Positions 48,467 through 57,085 of a stretch of DNA of 64,000 bases are shown piece after piece. Source of the DNA: Pseudomonadota bacterium. GTDB taxonomy: Bacteria > Pseudomonadota > Alphaproteobacteria > Rhodobacterales > Rhodobacteraceae. Positions within the stretch are counted from its first letter, which is position 1. Every line of letters begins with the position of its first letter. Under the pieces are notes generated by a model. The model saw only the letters and a program-made list of their open reading frames with translations. It had not been told where the DNA came from and did not search any database. Both the position numbers and the translations under genes were made by a program. The DNA lies in assembly GCA_039027855.1 (NCBI GenBank), contig JBCCJI010000014.1, forward strand, positions 33,492-97,491, given 5' to 3'.

Positions 48467-49486
48467 ATGACCGACACGCCATCCCATCGCCTCTCGCTGG
48501 CGCGTATCCGCGCCGCGGCAGAGACGGTGCACCCGGTCTTTCGCGACACTCCACAGGTCGAGGCACCTGCGCTGTCGGGCGTGCTCGGCTGCATCGCGGT
48601 GATGAAGGTCGAGACGCTGAACCCGGTGCGCTGTTTCAAGGGGCGCGGGGCCACCTGGCTGATGGCCGAGGCGGCGCGAACCGACGACACCCGGTCGATG
48701 GTGACGGCAAGCGTCGGCAATTTCGGCCAGGCGATGGCCTGGGCCGCGCGCGCGCAGGGCCGCTCGCTCACGATCTTTGCGGCCGAGACGGCGAGCCCGC
48801 TGAAGATCGGGCTGATGCGGGCGCTCGGCGCCGAGATCCGGCTTGAGGGCGCGGATTTTGACGCGGCCAAGGCGGCGGCGCGCGCCCATGCCGAGGCGAC
48901 CGGCGCGCGGCTGGTCGAGGACGGCGCGGATATCGAGACGGCCGAGGGCGCAGGCACCATGGGGCTGGAACTGGCGGCGATGGACCCGCCGCTCGACGCG
49001 GTGCTCGTCCCGCTCGGTAACGGTGCGATGGTGACGGGGCTCGGCGCGGCGCTGAAGGCACTGTCGCCCGGCACCGAGGTGATCGCCGTGCAGGCCGCGG
49101 GCGCGCCGGCCATGACGCTCTCCTGGCGCGAGGGGCGGGCGATCGAGACGCCGGGCGTCGACACCATCGCCGACGGCATCGCCATCCGGGTGCCCATCGC
49201 CGAGGCGGTCGCCGATACCCGCGCGCTGGTCGACGACATGGTGCTGGTCGAGGATTTGGACACCATCGCCGGCATGGCCGCGTTTGAGCGGCATGCCGGC
49301 CTGGTGGTCGAGCCCGCGGCGGGCATCGCGGCGGGCGCTGTGCTGGCCGATCCCGCGCGCTTTGCCGGGCGGCGCGTGGGCCTGATCGTCTGCGGCGCCA
49401 ATGTCACGCCCGAGCAGCGGCGCGGCTGGTTCGACATGGCCGATGCCTGGCATGCCCAGCCCGCATTGGGAGGAGGACAGGCATGA
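48467..49486 (+). CDS. PLP-dependent threonine/serine dehydratase-like enzyme (fold type II)
   Basis: KVETLNPVRCFKGRGA, ASVGNFGQA, VPLGNGAM, TIADGIA, VEPAAG, VCGAN. Confidence 0.85.
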   Translation: MTDTPSHRLSLARIRAAAETVHPVFRDTPQVEAPALSGVLGCIAVMKVETLNPVRCFKGRGATWLMAEAARTDDTRSMVTASVGNFGQAMAWAARAQGRSLTIFAAETASPLKIGLMRALGAEIRLEGADFDAAKAAARAHAEATGARLVEDGADIETAEGAGTMGLELAAMDPPLDAVLVPLGNGAMVTGLGAALKALSPGTEVIAVQAAGAPAMTLSWREGRAIETPGVDTIADGIAIRVPIAEAVADTRALVDDMVLVEDLDTIAGMAAFERHAGLVVEPAAGIAAGAVLADPARFAGRRVGLIVCGANVTPEQRRGWFDMADAWHAQPALGGGQA

Positions 49487-50049
49487 GCAACGCCGATCAC
49501 CGCGACGTGCCGCCCCTGCCGAGGCCCGAAGCGGCGACCGGGCCGGATGGGCGGCCCATACCCCCACGGCGCGGGCGGCGCGGCGCCCGTGACCTCATCA
49601 CCTGCGCCGCGCTGGCCGAGGCGCCCGATGGAACCATGGCAACCGTGGCGGGCCTCATCATCACGCGTCAGCGGCCGGGCACCGCCTCGGGTGTCATCTT
49701 CCTGACGCTGGAGGACGAGACCGGCGTCGCCAATGTCGTGGTCTGGCCCAAGACCTATGAGCGGTTTCGCCGCGCCGTCATCGCCGGGCGGCTGGTGCGC
49801 GTGCGCGGGCGGCTGCAGCGCGAAGGCATGGTGCGCCACCTGATCGCCTGGACCATCGAGGACATGTCGCATCTTCTCGATCAGCTCGGGATAGAGGGGC
49901 ATCTGTCGAGCGAGCGCGGCGACGAGGGCCGACGTCCGATCCCGCCTGAGAAGCGCAAGAAGCCGCGCCATACGACCATGGCCAAGCAACGCGCCCGCCA
50001 CCCGCGCGAGGAGGCCAAGACGCTCTTCCCCTCGCGCGATTTCCACTGA
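49483..50049 (+). CDS. dnaE2: Stand-alone DnaE2 C-terminal part: OB fold plus SRDFH motif
   Basis: VAGLIITRQRPGTASGVIFLTLEDETGVANVVVW, RGRLQREG, ends FPSRDFH; strong SD GGAGGAGG; ATGA overlap with the upstream gene. Confidence 0.88.
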   Translation: MSNADHRDVPPLPRPEAATGPDGRPIPPRRGRRGARDLITCAALAEAPDGTMATVAGLIITRQRPGTASGVIFLTLEDETGVANVVVWPKTYERFRRAVIAGRLVRVRGRLQREGMVRHLIAWTIEDMSHLLDQLGIEGHLSSERGDEGRRPIPPEKRKKPRHTTMAKQRARHPREEAKTLFPSRDFH

Positions 50050-50251
50050 TCGCCGGTCCGCCCGCCCGGTTCGACTGGCCCGACTGGCCCGAATGCCAAC
50101 AACCGCGCGCCGCCTCGTCCCTTGCGAGGCCGGGCCATGGCCGATGGCCATCATTACCCGCGCCGTGCCAATCTCACCCATCACCGGGCGGCAAAGCCCG
50201 GGACACATATCAAGCGCCCGGACGGTATCGGGCGTCAGGGGAGGGATGGCG

Positions 50252-51016
50252 ATGACTGGACGGCTCGCAGGGAAGACAGCGCTGATCACCGGCGCCGCAT
50301 CCGGGTTCGGACGCGCGATGGCCGAACGCTTCGCGGCGGAGGGATCGGCGGTCATGGTCCTCGACCTCGACCCGACCGGTGCCGCGGGCGTCGCCGAGGC
50401 CATCGGTGCCAATGGCGGGCGCGCGATCTCGGCTGGCGCCGATGTCACCGACCGCGCGGCGATGGAGGCGGCGATCACCGAGACCGAGAGCACGCTCGGC
50501 CCGGTCGATATCGTGGTCAACAATGCCGGGTTCGCCCACCGCAACCGCCCGCTGATGGACGTCGACGAGGCCGAGTTCGACCGCTGCTTCGATGTCAACG
50601 TCAAGGCGATCTACCACGCGACGCAGCTCATGGTGCCGCGCTGGCGCGCCCAGGGCGGTGGCGTGATGCTCAATATCGGGTCGACCGCCGGCATCCGCCC
50701 GCGTCCGGGGCTCAGCTGGTACAACGCCTCGAAAGGGGCGGCGAACCTCGTCAGCCGTTCGCTGGCGGCTGAACTGGCGCCGGACAACATCCGCGTGAAT
50801 GCGCTCGCCCCGGTGATCGGGGTGACGGGCATGCTGGAAACATTCATGGGCGTCCCCGACACGCCCGAGAACCGCGCCCGTTTCATCGCGACGATCCCGA
50901 TGGGCCGGATGAGCGAGCCTGAGGATATCGCCAACGCAGCCCTCTATCTCTGCTCGGACGAGGCGTCGTTCATCACCGGCGTGGTGATGGAAGTGGACGG
51001 CGGCCGGACGGTCTGA
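50252..51016 (+). CDS. Classical SDR oxidoreductase (FabG-like)
   Basis: TGAASGFG, VNNAG, YNASK, NIRVNAL, VDGG. Confidence 0.9.
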   Translation: MTGRLAGKTALITGAASGFGRAMAERFAAEGSAVMVLDLDPTGAAGVAEAIGANGGRAISAGADVTDRAAMEAAITETESTLGPVDIVVNNAGFAHRNRPLMDVDEAEFDRCFDVNVKAIYHATQLMVPRWRAQGGGVMLNIGSTAGIRPRPGLSWYNASKGAANLVSRSLAAELAPDNIRVNALAPVIGVTGMLETFMGVPDTPENRARFIATIPMGRMSEPEDIANAALYLCSDEASFITGVVMEVDGGRTV

Positions 51017-51053
51017 ACCGCCGCCACGCCTGGCCGGGTACGATACCCCCCGA

Positions 51054-51572
51054 TCACTCGAAAACCGTGACACCCCGGGGCCGTCGCACGCTTTCGGGCA
51101 CGTTGTTGGCCGGCAGCACCCGCTGGAAACCCGCGCTTCGCTGCACGATGGCGCGGTCACCGGGCGCGAGGATCTCGTCCTCTTCCTCGAGAAACTGGAC
51201 CAGCACGACGGTGCGCCCGTCCTCCAGGGTCAGGGTGTACTCCACGCCCGGGCGGTTGCTGAAGGCCTGCTCCGCCGCAGCGCCGAGCAGCAGGCCGCCA
51301 ATCACGCCGCCGAGGATCGCCCCGGCGCGGCCGCTGCCCTGCCCCACCGCCGACAGCCCAAAGCCGCCCGCCGTGGCCCCGATGGCACTGCCGAGGCCGG
51401 TGTTCTCTCCCTGAATCTGCACGGGCCGCACGGCGAGGACGGTGGCGAACTCGACAAACAGCGGTCGGCCGACCTCGAAGGCGTCATATCGCGTCTGGGC
51501 GGGCGGCGCGCAGGCAGACAGCGCCATGAGGGCGACAAGGGTGCAGGTCGTAGCGATCGGTGTTCGGCGCAT
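51054..51572 (-). CDS. SlyB-like outer-membrane lipoprotein (glycine zipper)
   Basis: Lipobox LSAC; GSAIGATAGG...GGVIGG; GVEYTLTLEDG. Confidence 0.8.
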   Translation of the reverse strand: MRRTPIATTCTLVALMALSACAPPAQTRYDAFEVGRPLFVEFATVLAVRPVQIQGENTGLGSAIGATAGGFGLSAVGQGSGRAGAILGGVIGGLLLGAAAEQAFSNRPGVEYTLTLEDGRTVVLVQFLEEEDEILAPGDRAIVQRSAGFQRVLPANNVPESVRRPRGVTVFE

Positions 51573-51767
51573 GGGTCACCCCGGTGTTCGGACGCCACCG
51601 CGCGCGTGGCGGCGGCATTTTGACGATGATCTTTCCAGAAGGATGCCAGCGCCCTCTGAGATGGCCAGTCACAATGGCGCTGTTCCCAACGTCATCGCGA
51701 CCGCCCGCCGCAGACCGGGCGGATGCCCGCGGCGCCCTGTCCGGCGTCCGACACGGTGTATTGGGGG

Positions 51768-51844
51768 TGGTGGCGAGGGAGAGACTTGAACTCTCGACCT
51801 CACGATTATGAGTCGTGCGCTCTAACCGGCTGAGCTACCTCGCC
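51768..51844 (-). tRNA. tRNA-Met (CAT), elongator type
   Basis: GGCGAGG/CCTCGCC acceptor stem, D arm, CACGA-CTCATAA-TCGTG, TTCAAGT loop, encoded CCA. Paired G1-C72 and no GGG/CCC stem argue against fMet; Ile2 is not fully excluded. Confidence 0.93.
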
Positions 51845-51938
51845 ACGGTGAGCGCGCTGATACGGGAGGGCGCTGGGGGCGTCAAGAGAGCGCCAGCGGC
51901 GGTAAACCACCCGGTTCCGGCCAGCGGCGCGTCGCCTG

Positions 51939-53129
51939 TCAGCGGATCACGCGGCCGATCAGCGACAGCCAGTTCTCCGAGGCAATGCGCCGGATCAGCG
52001 TCTCGCCGTAACCGGCGGCGCGCATGGCCTCGATCAGCTTGGGCAGGCCGGTAACATCGCCCACCTCGCGCGGCAGCAGGCAGCCATCGAAATCCGAGCC
52101 GAGCGCCACGCCCTCTTCGCCGAGGCGCCCGATCAGGTGGTCGAGATGGCGGAGCATCACGTCGAAACCGGTGTCGCGGTTGTGCCGGCAGTCGGGGCGC
52201 AAAAACGCCACGTGAAAGTTGAGGCCGACGACCCCGCTCCTCTCGGCGATCGCGTCCAGCTGGCGATCGGTCAGGTTGCGTGCCGAGGGGCAGATCGCAT
52301 GGACGTTCGAGTGGGTCGCCACCAGCGGCTGATCGCTGACGGCGGCGACGTCCCAAAACCCCTGCTCGGTCAGGTGCGAGCAATCGATCATGACGCCCAT
52401 CGCCTCACAGGTGGCGACAAGCGCGCGGCCGGCATCGGTCAGGCCGGGCATCGGCTCGATCTCGGGCTGCGCGCTCATCGGCGCGCCATGGCCGAAGATG
52501 TTGGGCCGCGACCAGACCGGGCCAAGCGAGCGCAGGCCCGCCGCATGCAGCACTTCGAGCGCGGTCAGATCGGCATCGATACACTCCGCACCCTCGATAT
52601 GCGGCAGCATCGCGAGCCGGCCCGAGGCGCCCGCGGCCTCGATGGCGCTGCGTCCATCGACGAGGGCGACGAGATCGGGATGCCGGCGTTCGAGCTGTCT
52701 CAGCCGAGCCATTAAGCGCAGCGTGAAGGCGAGCGCGCGCGCCTGGTCGACGACATCGGCAGGTAGGCTCGCCTCATCCTTCGGCGCCGCGTCGTTGATG
52801 ATGGAATCGGTACCATTGGCGGGCGCCGTGTTGGCGGGCGAGCGCGCACACCCCGTCGGCGTGAACATCGCAAAGAAGCCGCCCATCATGCCCGCCTGTC
52901 GCGCCCGCGGCAGATCGATGTCGAGGCGGCGCCCCCGAAAACCACCGGCGAGCCCAGGCGGTGTTTGATCCTCCAGCGCCAGATCGCGGCGGGTGCCGGT
53001 CATCTCGGCCAGTTCGACGCGCAGGATCGTATCGTTATGCCCGTCGAACACCGGGACGGCCGGCGGGACGCGCGGCTTTGGCATCGGTGTCTCGGCAACC
53101 GCCACATCCGGCACAGGCTCGCTCGTCAT
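51939..53129 (-). CDS. Membrane dipeptidase family M19
   Basis: FDGHND, HIEGAE, WSRPNIFG, DCSH, THSN, RNLTD, LGSDFDG. Confidence 0.9.
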   Translation of the reverse strand: MTSEPVPDVAVAETPMPKPRVPPAVPVFDGHNDTILRVELAEMTGTRRDLALEDQTPPGLAGGFRGRRLDIDLPRARQAGMMGGFFAMFTPTGCARSPANTAPANGTDSIINDAAPKDEASLPADVVDQARALAFTLRLMARLRQLERRHPDLVALVDGRSAIEAAGASGRLAMLPHIEGAECIDADLTALEVLHAAGLRSLGPVWSRPNIFGHGAPMSAQPEIEPMPGLTDAGRALVATCEAMGVMIDCSHLTEQGFWDVAAVSDQPLVATHSNVHAICPSARNLTDRQLDAIAERSGVVGLNFHVAFLRPDCRHNRDTGFDVMLRHLDHLIGRLGEEGVALGSDFDGCLLPREVGDVTGLPKLIEAMRAAGYGETLIRRIASENWLSLIGRVIR

Positions 53130-53244
53130 CCGTATCTCTCCATGGGCGCGCGGATGGGGATGGAGATCATCTGAACCGTCTCAGGATCGAGACCAAGCAA
53201 TAAACGCGTCATTTACGTAAACCGATCATTGTCCTTCTCGTCGA

Positions 53245-54192
53245 TTGCTTGGTGTGGAGGACGGTGTGCGTGTCCCCTCCTGCCGGCGGGCGCCTCTGCC
53301 CCTGTTTCCGGCAGCGGGCGCCCGCCCGGCACCCGTTTCCCTGTCGCGTGACAGGCCTTTAGGCAAGCCCGCGTCTCGCTGGCGCTGGCGCTGGCGCGGT
53401 GCGGTGATTGCGCTGCTCACGGGCATCGCCAGCATGATCCCGTCTGACGAGGCCCGGGCGGGAGCCTGGACCAAGGAGAAGGGTGACGGCGCGGTGATCG
53501 TGACCATCGGGCGCCAGGCAACGCCGTCGACCCTGCTCACGCTCGGCCCCGCTTCCGACGACAAGGCAACCGCACAGATCTACGCCGAGTACGGTCTGTT
53601 CGACGGCATCACCGTCGGCGCCAGCCTCTTCAGTGAGACGCGGATCGGCGACGCGGGCATGCAAGCGAGCGCCAATGCCGCCGGTTTTCTGCGCTTTCGC
53701 CTCCACAAAGACGACCAGGGCAATGTGGCCGCCGTGCAGATCGGCGGCGCGCTGCCGGTCGAAAGCCTGCTAGGCGGCCCCTTCGGCGGCAGCAACCCCG
53801 ACAGCACGGCCGAGGTCAGGCTATCGGCACTTGCCGGGACCAGCTGGTGGGGCGACTGGGGCAGCGTTTTCGTGACCTCGGCCATCGGTGGCGCCTGGCG
53901 GAGCGAAGGGGCGGCCGACGAGATCAGGGCGGAGCTGACGGCAGGCTACAAGACCGGCGACTGCTGCATGGTCATCCTCGGCAATTTCGTCACCGTGCCG
54001 CTGATCGGCCGTGACAGCGAAGACACCATCGCCTGGAAGCTCTCGCCTTCCTTCGCCTATTCGCTGCCGCCGCTCTGGGGCGAGGCGACGCCGGATACCC
54101 CGCGTAAAACGACCCTTCAGCTCGGCGCGACGCTCGAGCCGATGAACAATCAGGATATTGGAGTCACTTTCTCGGTCTGGCGCCGTTTCTGA
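53245..54192 (+). CDS. Exported hypothetical protein, probable outer-membrane beta-barrel
   Basis: Signal-like segment ending ARA-GAWT; alternating beta pattern; C-terminal SVWRRF; start uncertain. Confidence 0.6.
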   Translation: MLGVEDGVRVPSCRRAPLPLFPAAGARPAPVSLSRDRPLGKPASRWRWRWRGAVIALLTGIASMIPSDEARAGAWTKEKGDGAVIVTIGRQATPSTLLTLGPASDDKATAQIYAEYGLFDGITVGASLFSETRIGDAGMQASANAAGFLRFRLHKDDQGNVAAVQIGGALPVESLLGGPFGGSNPDSTAEVRLSALAGTSWWGDWGSVFVTSAIGGAWRSEGAADEIRAELTAGYKTGDCCMVILGNFVTVPLIGRDSEDTIAWKLSPSFAYSLPPLWGEATPDTPRKTTLQLGATLEPMNNQDIGVTFSVWRRF

Positions 54193-54196
54193 GCCG

Positions 54197-54646
54197 TCAG
54201 GTCGAGAAGCCCGGCAGCCGCTTCAGCGATACGCCGGCGATGCGCCAGTCACCATCGATATTGCGCATCCGGTACTCCGCCTCCCAAGCGACCCCGGCCT
54301 CATCGACGAAGGTCACGATCTGGATCGGCCCGGCCGGTGTGTCGCTGTAGCGGCCCATGTCGTAACGGCGCGGCTTGCGGATCATCGGATAGCCGCGCTC
54401 TACCATCATGCCGAAGCGTGTGGGCGTGCGGAAACGGCCCTGCACCATCGGCGAGGCATGGCGGAAGGCCGCGACCAGATCATCGCGCAGGAAGGCGGAC
54501 AGCTGATCCTCGATCACGGCACGCACGGCCGCCCCCTCAGGGACCGTTTGCGCCGTCGCCTGATGCGGCAAAGCGGTGAGGGCGAGCATCAACGATGCCG
54601 CCACGATGGCAATCTGACGACGCATCCAGCTGTGCGGATCAAGCAT
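54197..54646 (-). CDS. DUF4864 family exported protein
   Basis: IEDQLSAFLRDD...AFRHASP...F..MVERGYP, YRM..IDGDWRIAGV. Confidence 0.75.
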   Translation of the reverse strand: MLDPHSWMRRQIAIVAASLMLALTALPHQATAQTVPEGAAVRAVIEDQLSAFLRDDLVAAFRHASPMVQGRFRTPTRFGMMVERGYPMIRKPRRYDMGRYSDTPAGPIQIVTFVDEAGVAWEAEYRMRNIDGDWRIAGVSLKRLPGFST

Positions 54647-54763
54647 GAGCGGCCCCTTTCGCGCTGCGATATTTTTGAGGGTGCAACGGAGAGGGTAAAG
54701 GTCAAACGAGCGCGGCAGCCGGTCGCGCCGGTTACCGCCACATGGGACGGGCCGGCAACCGGC

Positions 54764-57079
54764 TCATCGCTCGGTGAACTTGAACTCGATGCGACGGTTC
54801 GCGGCGAACTGAGCGGGATCGTCACTGTTCACCAGCGGCTGAAATTCACCGAAACCGGTGGCCGCGAGACGGCTGGGCGGCACGTTCTCATTGTCGACGA
54901 GGTATTCGACGACCGACAGCGCGCGCGCTTGGCTGAGCTCCCAGTTGCTGGCGAAGCGCCCGCCACGGCCGACCGGCACGGCGTCGGTATGACCGTCGAC
55001 GCGCAGGATCCAATTGAGCCCGGCCGGCACTTCGGCCGAGACCTCGCGCAGCACTTCGCCAAGCTGGCGCAATTGATCGCGCCCTTCGGGCCCAAGGCTG
55101 GCGGAACCGGGCGCGAACAGCACCTCGGACTGGAACACGAAGCGGTCGCCGACGATCTGGATATCCTCGCGCCCGCCCAGCACGTCGCGCATGCGGCCGA
55201 AGAATTCCGAGCGGAAGCGGGCAAGCTCGCTGACTTTCTGCGCCAGCGCCGCGTTTAGCTGCGTCCCAAGCGACTGGATGCGCACCTGCTGTGCCTCGTC
55301 GCGCGCGGCCGCATCGTCGAGCAGGGCCTGCAGCGAGCCGAGTTGTTGGCGCAGTTCCCGGATCTGGCGGTTCAACAATGCCGTGCGCCGCGCATCCTCG
55401 GCCGCCTGGGCGCGCGCGGTCTCAAGCTCGGCCTCGGCGCGGGCGAGCAGCGTGGCCCGCTGGTCCTCGTCAGCGCCGCTCAGCTCAAGCCGGTTCTCCG
55501 CCTCGGCGCGCGCCTGTTCGGCGGCGGCTAGCAGGGTCAGTGTCTCCTCTGCCTCCTGGCGCGCGCGATCGAGCTCCAGCGTGAGGGCGATCATCTCGGC
55601 ATCGGCCTGTTCGAGGCGACTGCGCACCTCCTCGGCCGCGGCGAGTTCGAGGGCGCGGGCCTCCTCCTCGGCGGTCAACCGCTCGCGCGCCTCGGCAAGG
55701 TCGCGCTCGGCCTCGGCACGCTCGGCAAGCAGGGCGTCGATGCGGGCCTGGCGCGCGGCCAGCAGCGCCGCCTCGTCCGCGGCTGCATCGTCAAGCGCTG
55801 CAAGCCGGTCGGCCTGTTCGGCGATGATTTCGGCATCGGCTGTCGCGGCTTCCTCAAGCGCCGCAATCCGTGCGGCCTGCGCATCGAGGCTCGCCTGCCG
55901 CTCATCGAGCGCCTGCTGCAGCGCCGCCATGCGTTCGGCCGCTGCGGTTGCGTCCGCCCCTTGCTCGGCGAGCGCCGCCTCCAGGCGTGCGAGCCGCGTG
56001 GCCTGTTCAGCGACGGTCTCGCCCCGGGCTTCCGCGGTCGCCGCTAGCGCCGCCAGCCTCTCGTCCTGGGTGCGCCGCTCCTGCTCCAGACCGGCGATCC
56101 GGGCCTCGCGCTCGGCCAGCGTCGCCGTCAGCGTCTCGAGCCGGGCCTCAAGCGCCGCGCGCGTCTCATCCAGATTAGCAATGCGCTCGGCGCGCTCGGC
56201 ATCCGCATCGCTCAGCCGTGCAAGCTCGGCCGAGAGGGCCGCGGCCTCCTCGGTGCGTGCGGACAGTTCGGCCTGCAGGTTCTCGATCCGGCGGTCCTGG
56301 GCGTCGCGGCGTGTAGCGAGCCGGGTCACCTCGGCTTCCAGCTCGGCGAGGCGTGCGGCCCGCGCCGTCGCCTCTGCGCGCAGATCGCTCTCGGCCTCCT
56401 GCAGGGCCGCCAGCAGGCGCTCGGCGCGCGATGCCGCGTCTTCGGCACCGGCTGCGCGCTGTTCGAGATCGCTGCGAGCCGCCTCCAACCGGGCGATCTC
56501 GGCCTCCAGCGCGTCGCGGCGATTGGCCAATTCGCTCGCGGCGGCGGCGGCGGCCTCGCGCGCCGCGCTTGCATCGGCCAGCTGCTGCGCCAGCGCCAGC
56601 CGCGCGTCCTCGGCGGCGCCGAGGGCCGCGGCCTGCGCCTCCAGGTCGGCGGCGACGCGGTCGCGCTCGGCGGCGAGCGCATCGGCGCGCGTCTCGGCGG
56701 CGCCCAGCGCTGCGCTCAGCGACTCGATCCGGCGGTTCAGGGCGTCGCGTTCGATCTCGCCCGCATCGAGCGTCGCCCGCAGGTCGAGCGCCTCCTGCTC
56801 GGCCTCGCTCCGCGCCTCTCGCTCCAGCGACAAGGCGTCGGTCAGGCCCGACAGCTCAGCCGCCAATCGATCGAGCGCCGTCTCCTGCTCGGCGATCTGG
56901 TCGGCCTTTTCGTCAAGCTGCTGGCTCTGCGTCTCGACGGTGGTCTGCAGCGTGAACTGCGCGATCATGAAGATCGACAGCACGAACATGAGGATCAGCA
57001 GAAGCGCCGTCATCACGTCGACAAAGCCCGGCCAGATCGAGGCCTCGACTTGTCTGCCGCTGCGCCGGGTATAGGCCAT
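54764..57079 (-). CDS. MotB-like protein: TM helix with Asp, very long coiled coil, OmpA-like peptidoglycan-binding domain
   Basis: WPGFVDVMTALL; about 600 aa of Ala/Glu/Arg heptads; RVDGHTD, SNWELSQARA, ANRRIEFK. Confidence 0.88.
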   Translation of the reverse strand: MAYTRRSGRQVEASIWPGFVDVMTALLLILMFVLSIFMIAQFTLQTTVETQSQQLDEKADQIAEQETALDRLAAELSGLTDALSLEREARSEAEQEALDLRATLDAGEIERDALNRRIESLSAALGAAETRADALAAERDRVAADLEAQAAALGAAEDARLALAQQLADASAAREAAAAAASELANRRDALEAEIARLEAARSDLEQRAAGAEDAASRAERLLAALQEAESDLRAEATARAARLAELEAEVTRLATRRDAQDRRIENLQAELSARTEEAAALSAELARLSDADAERAERIANLDETRAALEARLETLTATLAEREARIAGLEQERRTQDERLAALAATAEARGETVAEQATRLARLEAALAEQGADATAAAERMAALQQALDERQASLDAQAARIAALEEAATADAEIIAEQADRLAALDDAAADEAALLAARQARIDALLAERAEAERDLAEARERLTAEEEARALELAAAEEVRSRLEQADAEMIALTLELDRARQEAEETLTLLAAAEQARAEAENRLELSGADEDQRATLLARAEAELETARAQAAEDARRTALLNRQIRELRQQLGSLQALLDDAAARDEAQQVRIQSLGTQLNAALAQKVSELARFRSEFFGRMRDVLGGREDIQIVGDRFVFQSEVLFAPGSASLGPEGRDQLRQLGEVLREVSAEVPAGLNWILRVDGHTDAVPVGRGGRFASNWELSQARALSVVEYLVDNENVPPSRLAATGFGEFQPLVNSDDPAQFAANRRIEFKFTER

Positions 57080-57085
57080 CGGTTC

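Noticed and set aside
47167-49482. Mobile element inserted in dnaE2
   Set aside because: No transposase or integrase, terminal inverted repeats or convincing target-site duplication; only a short shared ggaggag
47100-49600. Split intein or simple frameshift explaining the dnaE2 break
   Set aside because: No Cys/Ser-initiated intein N-part and no His-Asn-Cys/Ser/Thr junction; the halves are 2.3 kb apart with two intact genes between
51700-51844. tRNA-Met as an integration site for an island
   Set aside because: No duplicate of the tRNA 3' end noticed in the window and no integrase
53212-53221. LiuR operator
   Set aside because: Only a 10-bp palindrome, not the longer LiuR motif, and no liu genes nearby
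55191-57074. 627-aa plus-strand Ser/Ala/Arg-rich ORF
   Set aside because: Antisense shadow of the coiled-coil MotB-like gene
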